A stretch of 64,000 nucleotides of DNA. Origin: Octopus sinensis (lineage: Eukaryota). The notes below the pieces were generated by a model that was not told the DNA's origin, ran no database searches, and worked only from the letters and a program-made list of their open reading frames with translations. The number at the start of each line of letters is the position of its first letter. Position 1 is the first letter of the stretch. Both the position numbers and the translations under genes were made by a program. Where the stretch lies: NCBI RefSeq assembly GCF_006345805.1, contig NC_043007.1:47120001-47184000 (forward strand), in the 5' to 3' direction. Shown here piece after piece: positions 53,158 to 64,000 of the stretch.

Positions 53158-53351
53158 TTAAAATTTTGGCTCAATGCCAGAAGTTTCGGACGAGGGATTA
53201 AGTCGATTATATCCATTCCAGTGTTCAACTGGTACTTATTTATCGGCCAGATGCGGAAGAAAACCAAAGTCGACCTCGACGGAATTTGAACTCAGAACGT
53301 AAAGTCGGGTGAAATGCTGCTAAGCGGTAGCGATTCTGCCAGCTCACTGCC
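53158..53351 (-). mobile_element. SINE family B copy
   Basis: Reverse complement: ggcagtgagctggcagaatcg...gagttcaaattcc...gtcgactttg. Confidence 0.8.
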
Positions 53352-53411
53352 CTCTATACTTATGAATATATTAATACACACACACACACGCACGCACGCA
53401 CACACACACGC

Positions 53412-53497
<86 letters not shown>

Positions 53498-53872
53498 CAT
53501 GTATATATGCATTCATATTTACAAGCACACGTCTGTGAATAGCCTATAAAATTATTAGCATATTGTTACTGTAGATGCAGCATGGCGGAAATTTAATGAA
53601 ATGTGCAATCAGAAGGCTTGTGTTCAATCCCATATTGTACTATTGTGGACAAGCGTCTAGTATTCTAGCTAAAGGTCACCCGACACCTTATGAGCAAAAC
53701 TGGATACAAGGAAGCTTTGTTGACGCTTGTCAAGTGTATTGTACCTGCAAGTAAATGACCTTATCACTGTTTTTTTATTCTAATTTATAGTCCCACGAAC
53801 ATTCAATGCGCACGAAGTTCATCGGATCGAGTAATTGAATACGCATCGTAGACACCGCAAGGGATCCATATA

Positions 53873-53874
53873 TA

Positions 53875-53939
<65 letters not shown>

Positions 53940-53942
53940 TAT

Positions 53943-53978
<36 letters not shown>

Positions 53979-54013
53979 CATACTTATACGATATATTTGT
54001 GTGTAAATGCATA

Positions 54014-54045
<32 letters not shown>
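53873..54045. repeat. Long interrupted (AT)n tract; more at 54310-54360
   Basis: Direct reading. Confidence 0.95.
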
Positions 54046-54050
<5 letters not shown>

Positions 54051-54307
54051 CAATTAGGAAAAAACACCTTTTATCAATTCAACAATGAAAGAATTAAATT
54101 ATACCATTTCGAAAAAATTACTTATAGAAAAATTAAATATAATATAAAACATATGTCAATCATTAAGTAATGTGCAAAATAATAAATAAAACGAATATAT
54201 TGGTAGAATAACAATATATATATAGACATATATGATACACATATGTGTATATTCATATATATATATATGCACATATATACATATACATACGCATACATAT
54301 ATATAGT

Positions 54308-54358
<51 letters not shown>

Positions 54359-55054
54359 TATACCTATATGATATATATGTATGCCTATTTATGATATATA
54401 CTTGCATACATATAATTATATGATATATATATACACACACACGTACCATTCTCTGTTTATGTATACAGACGTTATATCAGTTTAATGTTCAATTTTTCTC
54501 TTTTATGAGATACAAATGAAAGAAGCGGAAGAAAAAACATCATGAACTATTTAGTTGCTTGTGTTCCAAATTTAATCGATCGTAGAAGGATGATTAATTG
54601 TGCAGAAATTTATTGATTTTATCTTTTTTATACTAGATTCTAATATTTCTTTCTGCTCCTTTTGGTTACTCTTTAATTTTGCTGGTTTTATTTTTTACAA
54701 TCTTAATGCTTCAAACGTTTCTGTATTTTTTAGGTTAACGATATAAAATTGAAGGATAAAAATTTTAAGAGGAAAACACATCACGAAACAGAAAAAGTTG
54801 AAATCCCTTAGAGTTATAGATGAATGCAATAGATAATAGGAGAACAATTAAGATAGTAAATTTATTAAACGAAAATTAAAATTCGTTAACTAAAACGTCC
54901 TTAGAATTATAATTAGATTTCATTTGTATTTATTCGGTTGCGACAAAATTAAATAACATTTCAGAATGTAACTGTAAATCTTAGAAGCCAGTGAAATTTG
55001 GATTTGAATGAATTAAGACAACAAAAAGGATATTATTATTGTTGCTTATTTTTA

Positions 55055-55237
55055 GATGGCAAGCTCAAAGAGCCGTTATAGCGCCGGGTTAAATGGCTAG
55101 CGGCATTACGTACGTCTTTACGTTCACAATTCAAATTCTAACGAAGTTAATGCTGCCTTTAAGGATCGTTAAAATATGTACCAGTTGAACACTGGGGTCG
55201 ATCTAATAGACCCGTTCCTTGTACCAAAACATGAAAG
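55055..55237 (+). mobile_element. SINE family B copy (diverged)
   Basis: Homologous to 1018-1230; extra head fragment at ~55488-55530. Confidence 0.65.
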
Positions 55238-55569
55238 TGATATTATTACTGTTGATTGCTCTTGAGCGGCAAGATGGCAGAATCGGTTGTACGTTGGGCG
55301 AAATTATTAGCGACATTTTGTCAGGCTCAGTTGAAATTCTGCTTGGCTCGACTTTACTATTCATTGTTTCAAGGCTGATAAAACAAGTACGAATCGAACG
55401 CTGGTTCGATGCAATCGATTATCAGCGCCCTTTAAAGTTCCTGATTTGTACCTATAGTAGAAAGGATTATTATTGGTTGTTCTTAGACGGTGAGCTGGCG
55501 GAATCGTTACTTCGCCGGGGAAAATATTTAGGAATGTTGCAATATTCGGCCTTCATGACAGCAACACCA

Positions 55570-57420
55570 TCGTAATTCATTGCACTTGGGTGTCTTTCCA
55601 AATGGTTAGAGATTATTCAAAATCTTTTTCTTGGACAGGTGGTATCTGATAGGCCAAATCTGATTGCAAGTGCTTTCCAAATTAAGAAACAAGTTTATCG
55701 ACTTCATTGTCAAGGAAAAACTGAAGTGAAATGAAAGCACATACTCATAATTTTTAAATATCAAAAACCTGAATTGCCACACTTGCATGCCCCTTTTCGG
55801 TTGCTAAAATAATATAAGACCAAATGAAATTGCTGACTATGTACAAAGAGAAATTCCAGATCCATTAACAGATAAGGAACATGATTTAGTCGACGCTCAT
55901 GGTCCATATTGTAATGCAGATTCTCCATGCTGGAAAAATGGATCATACTCCAAGATATTTCGCAAAGAATACTTGCATAGTACTGTCTGTAGAGAAGATT
56001 CTTATCCTTTTTATAGATGATCAGTTGCAAAGGGAGGAGTTGGATCTCTTAAAAATGAAAAAACAACCAGCAACAAATGGACTGTACCTTATAATGAAGC
56101 TCTTAAGAGCATTAAAATGCAACTGCAACACTGAAATCGTCGCCTCAATGAGGTCGATCAAATACATGCTAAAAGGAAATGACCAAGCTGCTGTTCAAAT
56201 AAACAATGACAACGAAATTAGTCAATGTCTAATTGGACCATCCGAAGCAATTGCATTCATTTTAAGATTTTCAATTCATGAAAGAGCACCTGCATTAGTG
56301 AAACCAAGTTCATCTACCAGATACACAAAGAACATTGCTCAGAAATGATGAGAGTATGGCTGTCAATGAACGACATAAGAGAACAACATTGACAGAATTT
56401 TTTCATTGTGTATGACTGATGACTATACTGAAGTTCCCATGTATTTCATGGTGAACAGTAGTATCAACGAATGGCAAAGAATGCAGGAAAAAAGTTGAAA
56501 GCTATTTGAACGTTTTCAAAGGAGAAATATTTGGTAGTGTTTATGTTTTCACAACATAGGCAGGAGAACTGTATTTTATTGTATAAATTCGTAGATCTGA
56601 AAATGTCTTCGTTTTACGAAAATATAACGGGACGATACTTCCTAAATTTAAGAAGGCATATAAAGAAAGAGGGCTTCTGGAAGCAGACCAGATTTGGATC
56701 AATACTATGCAAGACTCACCAACAATAATGCTTCCTGAGAAAATGAAGTACATTCATCGTGATCCTCACATGGAGATTCGTCAGATCAATAAGCTCATTG
56801 GGAGACATTAAAAGGACAGCAACAGAGGAAAGATCTTCGCCTATTATGTCAACAAAAACATCATGAAGTATCACTGAAGTATGTACAAGAAAAATTGAAA
56901 TTTAAAAAAAAATAGATTTCAATTTATCTCTTCCTCATAATAATGAAGAATCACGAATTCTTTCATAAATTGAACTACGTCATGGATGAACAGCGAAATG
57001 TTGTTGCGTAAAGAACATCATTGCTTAATGAAGGGCCGTTTGTAACCATGTAGGATAGTTGGACATGAATTCCTCACTCATTTTCATTGAAACACTATGA
57101 GGAACTGGACAAATTTTTCTCACAAATACCTTATTAGTTTATGTCAGAGGTAAATGTCAAATAGTACTTTCAACAGGAATTGCAGCTACGTTGATGCCGG
57201 ATGGACGAAAGGTTCATTCCCAATTCAAGATACCAATCTTAGTTCAAGAAAATTCAGTCTGCGGCATTGATAAGAAATCCAGCTTTAGTGTCAGAGAAAC
57301 AAAACTTATCGTTTAGGATGAAATATCAATAAGAGAATGCTTTGAAGCTGTTTACCGAACACAGATTTCTGCAACAAAGATGAACCGTTTGTCAAGAGAA
57401 CAAGCGTTAATATAGTCAAT
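55570..57420 (+). mobile_element. Decayed Helitron Rep/Helicase (HUH Rep domain and PIF1 N-terminal part)
   Basis: GQVVSDRPNL, QKPELPHLH (Rep motif 2), HGPYCNADSPC, REDSYP, WTVPYN, GTGQIFL..LL, STGIAATLMPDGRKVHSQFKIP. Confidence 0.88.
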
Positions 57421-57899
57421 TCAAGCATCAAAAGACCCTCTTTATAGGGAAAATTTGAAAAATTTGAATTACATCCTTTATTTGCAGAGCCCTTCCCATG
57501 GACTCTCCAGCTTCGGCAACTGTCCTTTCTTTAGCTTTGCCATTGATCACCAGGTCGGTCTCTCTTCTTTTCGTTCCTTCAACTTTTTCCTATATGTTAT
57601 AGCAGTAGCACATTTTCATATGAAATATATGAGCAAATATCTAAATTATACTAAAACTCAAAGTTGTCTCTGCTCCTGCCCTTTGCTTAAAATGATAAGG
57701 ATTACCAATAGTCATTTCCTACTCTAAGAAAAAAAAATCAACTTGAAAATGTTGATTTGCGGCAGCGACACTTCAAGGAGTCAACGCAGCTACGGCCGTC
57801 CGTCCTTTTTTGCTTTCCTTAATAATTTATATAAGTTTTGGAGTTCCATGGATTGAAAGAAATTCTTCCTATATTTTGAGATTTTTATATTTTTCCCAG

Positions 57900-58440
57900 A
57901 AGCTACCAAAAAGGACTAGTTTGAGCCTTCCGATCCCCGAAGCCAAAAGGATCAGAGAAAGGGAGAGGTATCAACTAAAAAAAAAGGGAGCGATTAAAAC
58001 TTGAATCTAAAGGACAAAGAACTAAAGACAAATCCGACGTTTAACCGAACATTATGACCAAAAGGCTGGAAGACTAGAGCAAAATCGAATGAGACAAATT
58101 CGTTTGAATGAAAATGAAAGACAGAGTTGACTTGGATAGGAGGTCAATGAATTCGAAACCTAACCGTCGACACCACAACCATCAAGACATTGATGGATCT
58201 TCTGGAGAAATGAATCAAATATGATCCCATTGTAGAGCGTTCAAATTTCCAGGAGAACCTACCTACTTCTGCTGTATGAATGGAAAAGTCAATGTAGCAT
58301 AGTTACCTGACTTACTACCAGAAACGAGGGAATTACTTGAAGGCCTGAGAGATGTCGGGGGAAAATTTCAGAAAATATGCCAAGCAATACAGTAACATTT
58401 TCTAAATGACATCTTTTAATTGCAAAGTGAGTCGGCAACC
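57900..58440 (+). mobile_element. Helitron Rep/Helicase N-terminal fragment
   Basis: GEMNQI.SHCRAFKFPGEPTYFCCMNGKV matches the conserved Helitron N-terminal Cys region. Confidence 0.75.
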
Positions 58441-58451
58441 TGAGAATTACT

Positions 58452-60480
58452 ATCACTCGGTCATAACAAAAGTCTACATGCTTTTTGATGTTTAAATGTC
58501 TACATAACTTTCTAAAGCAAGGTTTTACGCTGATTTCAGATCTGTTATTAGTTTTTCTCCATCACGTCTAAATTTGCTATAATAAAGCTTTGTTCTCTTT
58601 CTGTATTATGGTATTAGAGAATCAGATAACAGTGATTATCTGATTTATTTTGCTCAACAAAATCGATTGCTATAAACCAATGCTGACCTAATATTAGTAG
58701 AAGTAAAATTGCAGCCAATGTAAAGTTTATTAAACAGTTGTTGGCAACTCTGATAGAAAACGCGACCTTGAAAAGCTGTGTGCATAATTGCTGTCTGATG
58801 CTTTAGTGTTATTTTCGTAGTTCCAGAGGTCAGTCTTTAGTGATATTTACTTATAAGCTTTATTTTAAATTAGTACATATAGGCGTAAGTAAGTGAACAA
58901 TCCAAACATATTTTACTACATCTGTGACATATGCTGTCACTAAGCAGAGACTGATCCCTTAAAAACATCTAGACTTCGCTTATTTTTTTATTAACTCGGT
59001 GACAATCCTTGGGCTACACACAAAGTATGTCACATTTGTGTGGAAAGGCTGAAACTCTGGAAAGCTGGTAAGAAAATAGAAATGCCCTTTGGAATACCAA
59101 TGGTGTAATGAGTACTGAGTAACCATGCTGACGATTGTTATTTCTGCATCATTAAAGTTGAAGGGTACAGTGCAAAAGATAAGCATAAGATAGTGTATTA
59201 TAGTGTTCCCTAGGTTATACGGTATATTGCACATGGTGTTCACATTTGAGTTCCTCTACCCCCAACTTGCTTTGAAGAATGTTACATGAGATAGTGATGA
59301 AGAAGACAAATGTGAAGAAGGTGATGACTACACTCCTGACAAAATCGAAAGTCCAGTTATTTACTTAGGAAGGACTCAATAATTTGCTGAAAGGTTTGAA
59401 CCTACCAAAGGATGCAGCAGCACGTCTTAGTTCTTGGATAAAAATTAAAAAGCTCTTGTTACTGGGAAACTCTTGGTATCGTAACAGGGAACACGAGGTT
59501 GTGACCACTCTTTGCTGAGTATGAATCTGGTGTACTGCTATATTGTTCCAAATCTGCTAAGTTATTTAGAGATTAAGAGCAATCACTCAGAATGGAGACT
59601 ATTCTTCAAAATGGAGTTTGAATGAAGACTGTCTTGCTACACAATAGAAATAAGTATTCATCCATTCCAGTGACACATTCTACAGGAGACATGAAAATGT
59701 AAAACAACTTCTTTAATATAAAGTATGCAGAATTCCACTGGCAAGTGTGTGGAGATTTCAAAAGCATAGGCATGCTTTTAGGCCAGTAGGGAGGTAGGCT
59801 ACACAAAAATGCCTTGGTTTGTATATGAATGGGACAGCAGAGCTAAAGAAAAGCACTGGAAGGTTAAAAACTGGCCATAAAGGAGAAGTGTGTTACCTGG
59901 ATCCAAGAACATTCTGCACAAATCCTTGACTGAACCAACAGAAGTACTACTATCACATTTGCACATCAATCTAGATTTGATGAAAGTTTGTTAATTCTCT
60001 GCCTGCAAATAGACCATGTTTGCAGTGTCTCCAAATATTCCCAAATATAACCAGGGAGAAAATTAAAGCAGTAATATTTGTTGGTCCAGATTATGAGAAA
60101 TCTATGAATGAATCTCAATAACAGACATCTCTGAACTTCAAGTGTTTTAAGAACTCTTTGAAAAACAATAGTTGTTCAAATTACAAAGGCACACTTGATA
60201 CCACGCTTCAAAACTTTAGAACGCTTGGATGCAACATGAACGCACTTTCTTCACTCACACCTCGGGGTTACTTGGCAGGAGCACGGTGAGAGATTTCACC
60301 AGGACATAAAAAATTGAGGTACCCGAAGTGAGGTTGGAATGTAAACATGATGGCAGAATACTGCTGGACCCAAAGGAAAGACTGCAAGTAACTACCAAAA
60401 CCTGGAAGGAAATCTAAGTAAAGGGAGTGTGAAAAGGAGTAAAGTTACTTTAAAGCCATGGTAAGTGCATTAAAAATGTT
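58452..60480 (+). mobile_element. Chapaev-like (CMC superfamily) DNA transposon, decayed transposase
   Basis: MPFGIPMV..NHADDCYFC, SEWRLF, VLLHNRNKYSSIPV, WQVCGDFK, EWDSRA, LHINLDLMK, EHGERFHQDI, WNVNMMAEYCW; superfamily assigned from recalled motifs; termini uncertain. Confidence 0.75.
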
Positions 60481-60499
60481 TTGTCAATGTGTAGGCGTA

Positions 60500-62100
60500 C
60501 ATACTATTGTTACGCCGCGCACTCAACTCAGGACCCTAAGACCCTGGGCCCTAAGTCGTTCTTTGCAACATCTATAGGCTCAAATTTTATGGCTCTTTGG
60601 AGGGTATGCCACCGTTTGTTGTTATTAATGGCACCATACAATGCCATCAACACTAAGTGCCTAATCTGACATGCACAGGAGCCAAAAGAGAATTATTGAG
60701 TTTCCAGTATCCGGATCCCTGTCTACGTAATTGATCTAAGTCCAGCCTACAGGTCACAAATTTGTAATCATTGTAGCTGACATGGTAAAATTGTGAACGA
60801 CTGACTAGGTTTTTGTCTATCGCCCTAATTATAATCCTGTCTAAATAAGATCTTGTTGACCCATCGCTATTAGTCCATATCCACAGCTGAGTGTCTGGGA
60901 CATCTAGTGTGTACCTATCTGCCAGTTGAAACAGACTGAGCAGATTTTTGGAGCACGGGTTTCCTATCCGTAGACGAGGCAACGTAATCTACGCGTGCAT
61001 CGCAGGTTTCATTAATGTCACCTAACATTACTATAGTGTGAGACATACCTAGAAATTTCTCTAGGCTTTGAAAAACACCAGACTGTCCTGCTCGTAGACA
61101 GGTACCAGCCTGGAGGTCTTACCACTACTGATCCTCACGTCAAGGACGACCAACCTGCCTTCTGGGTCGATAAAGATTGTTTTTGTTTCTAAATCCAAAT
61201 TTTTCATGAGTAGCAAAGTGACACCTCTCCCTCCTCCAGGTTGGCATGGAGATATAATAGTTTTCGTAGCCGTTTAGGAGTGAGGAAAAGTTTCTTTGAC
61301 TACTCAGTCTGGATTCTGTGGAAATTACAATATCCATTCTATGCGAACTGAGGTCATTAAGTATTTTTACGTGCCAGTGTACTGTTTTCTTTTTTCTTTT
61401 GTTTTTGCTGTAGGGTTAGTGGGGTTGGAATGACTCGTTAGTTTTCTGGTGATTTTCTCCTATCTTTCCTCTTGTGTTTCTTTCATCTCCTCCTTTCTTT
61501 TGCATTTTGTTAATTCCTCACAGTGAGTTTCGCTGGGTTTCGTCTCCTTTGGTGTCTTGACAGGTGGGGGTATCGTTGCTTTTTCGGAGAGAGGTTAGCA
61601 CTCGGCCCTAATGTGGCCTTTTTGGCTACACTTGTAGCAACGAGGTTTTCTCACCTCGACAATGATTCGCAGCTTGCATTTCCCCCACCTGTATGGTATC
61701 TATTATAAATTCTAAATCGTCAGGGGCTGCTTGTCCGAGCATTTCGAGCCCCTGCACCTGCCAATTTTGCAATTCTAAAGTGGCGGCTTGGAGAATAGTT
61801 ATTTTATCCTCCAAGCCCCTCATTATGGCTGCCACCAGCCAAGCAGTGTCTACCTCTGGTGGAATGTCTCCTACCATTATCTTGGAAGTCCGCCTTCCAA
61901 GATAAGTGTGTAGGAGTACTACCTCAGCTGTTTTTAGAGTCTGTATTGAAGCCTGCTTGGCCTTTCTTCCCACTTGAAGCGGACCTCCAGCGTGGCATAC
62001 TTCACTCCTCTAGTGATGTATGTCACATCGCTCCATACAGGTGAAGTCACAGTTCCACGGCCTCCGTACTTCCATTATCCAGTTTTTTGCTTTTTACAAC
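60500..62100 (-). mobile_element. Decayed Tx1-like LINE E4 (ORF1 and APE part of ORF2; RT half missing)
   Basis: LLHTYLGRR, VEVRKPRCYKCSQKGHIRAEC, then ISTESRL, SYLDRI, GSGYWKLNNSLL. Confidence 0.85.
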
Positions 62101-63249
62101 GAAAGATTTATATATCATTCACATGACCAATGAACATTAATTTTGATTAGGATTAATTATTTATCCATTATTGGTTTTCTTTTCTAGAACTGGAGATTTC
62201 AAGTAGTACTATTTAATAAATATATTTATCAGAGTATCCTGTCCGTAGCAGGAGTATTTCGTCTGTTTTCATGTTCTGAGTTCAAATGTCGCTGAGGAAG
62301 ACTTTGCCTTTAATCCTTTAAATGTTGGTGAAATACTTACCAGTTGTGTCTGTATTAGAATGCATTATTATTTGTTGCTATTCATTCTCTTGATTTTATT
62401 TTAGGGAGGATATGTCTGACCATGAGCGTTCAGTTAGTCGGTCAACAGAATTATTTGGCTCATTGAATTGCTCTGTAAGCGGCTGAGTATTCCACAGGAA
62501 CGTGTACACTATACAATTCTAAGCCAGAATTATCAATACACTCTAATACTAGGCTAGACATATAAGTTATAACCACAATCCATTCGACGAACTTCTTTAT
62601 AGTTTCCATCTACCCAACTTCACTCAGTATATGGGTGGACACGGTGCTATAGAAAATTCCACTCAGTGGAATCGAAACCGCAACCTCATGAATATGAAGT
62701 GAACTTTTTAATGATTTTGCCATTATAGGGTTCACTACTTCATTCTATAATGGCCGCGAATATAACATACATATAACGAATGCAATTCCCATTTCCGGAA
62801 TAACGAAATATTACCCAATCTGCAACAGCGTTTAGATGACTGTACTATTGATTGTGAACACTTTATGTCATAATGACATAGGTGACTGGTGAGCTGTATA
62901 CAGTAAAACATGAAAGCAAAATTTTGAGGGTCCACTAGTGGATTAGAATGTATGCTTTCAGTGAATGCGACATTCAAAAGAGATTATTTTTATTTTTGTT
63001 TTGTTTTGTTTCTTACTTATGTTCAGTAAAATCTCTGGTTGAAAATTAAAACAATGTCGTTTGATGTTGAGTCAATTATAGTTTCTAATAATACACCATT
63101 TTAGAGGCGAAAAAAACTGCTGTAATAGTTTCTCTCGGTTTAAAGATATCGGAATAAACTCTTGTATGTGTGTATTTGTATGTGTGTGTGTATGTGTGTG
63201 TATGTGTGTGTGTGTGTGTGTGTGTGCATGTGTGTGTGCGTGCGTGTGT

Positions 63250-63680
63250 GCCGGTAGTGATAGGAAGTATATTTCAAGACAACGTGATTCTGAGTTCAGT
63301 CTCACTGCGTGGCACCTTGGGCAAATGTTTTCTAATGAAGTCCCGGGCCGACCGAAGCTTTGCGAGTGGATTTGCTGGACGGGAACCGGTCCTATAAGCG
63401 TGTATGTTTGTGTGCGTATATGCGTTTGTGTATGTGTGGGTTGGTGGGTGGATGTGCTTGTGTTTCTGCATGTGTGTGCGTATGTGTTAGTCTATGATTG
63501 TGTGTCTTTGTGTTTGTCCCCCACCACCATGTGACATTGGTTTTGTTTACATCCCCTTAACTAAGGTAGTTGGCAACGGAGACGGATTGAATAAGTAGCA
63601 GGCTTTTAAGCATAATAATTACTGGCGTCAACCTTTCAAAATGGTGCACCAGCATGGCTGCAGTAAAATGACTGACACAC
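63250..63680 (+). mobile_element. SINE family A copy
   Basis: ctcactgcgtggcaccttgggcaa...gagtggattt..., internal (GT)n, tail catggctgcagtaaaatgactga. Confidence 0.8.
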
Positions 63681-63730
63681 CTGAAAGATAAATTGATAAT
63701 GCACACACACACACACGCACATACACACAC

Positions 63731-63795
<65 letters not shown>

Positions 63796-64000
63796 AGTAT
63801 ATATATATACTATCTTAAAAGCCACATTCCGTGCGGACTCTTTACCTAGCACCTGAGGAGATCTGATCGGGCCTGCAACCCAAAAGTAAAGGGCGCAATA
63901 ATAATATAGCATTTATTGGTACCATACCGACATGGTATTCCCCAACAAATATGGTATTACTTTAAAATTAGTTTAAATGAAACAGTTCACAACTGTTAGC

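Noticed and set aside
63850-63895. Hammerhead-like motif (ctgagga / ctgatc-ggg...ccc-aaaa)
   Set aside because: Core nucleotides (CTGANGA together with GAAA) are not present in one valid fold

Overview
AT-rich eukaryotic DNA, intergenic or intronic, packed with microsatellites and transposable elements. The tRNA-derived SINE families and TE mix suggest a coleoid cephalopod such as Octopus (inference, not verified). No host gene, rRNA, true tRNA gene or CRISPR array is supportable. Content: about 15 SINE copies in four families; three or four Penelope-like elements, one with an inverted terminal copy carrying a hammerhead-ribozyme-like core; RTE, CR1-group and R4-like LINE remnants; coding and non-autonomous Helitrons; a Chapaev-like transposase remnant; MITEs. 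The most striking region is 39.5-62 kb, with five diverged Tx1/L1-clade ORF1 (gag-like, CCHC) homologues. E1 is a near-complete ORF1+ORF2 element (46269-51916) with a perfect 15-bp TSD. E2 (44047-46244) and E3 (40267-42188) are ORF1-only elements with their own UTRs and TSDs, resembling 'half-L1' non-autonomous partners. E1, E2 and E3 share a covarying 3' stem-loop, and E1 and E2 sit head-to-tail at essentially the same site in the tRNA-derived head of one SINE. Coordinates were counted by hand and ends of decayed elements are approximate.
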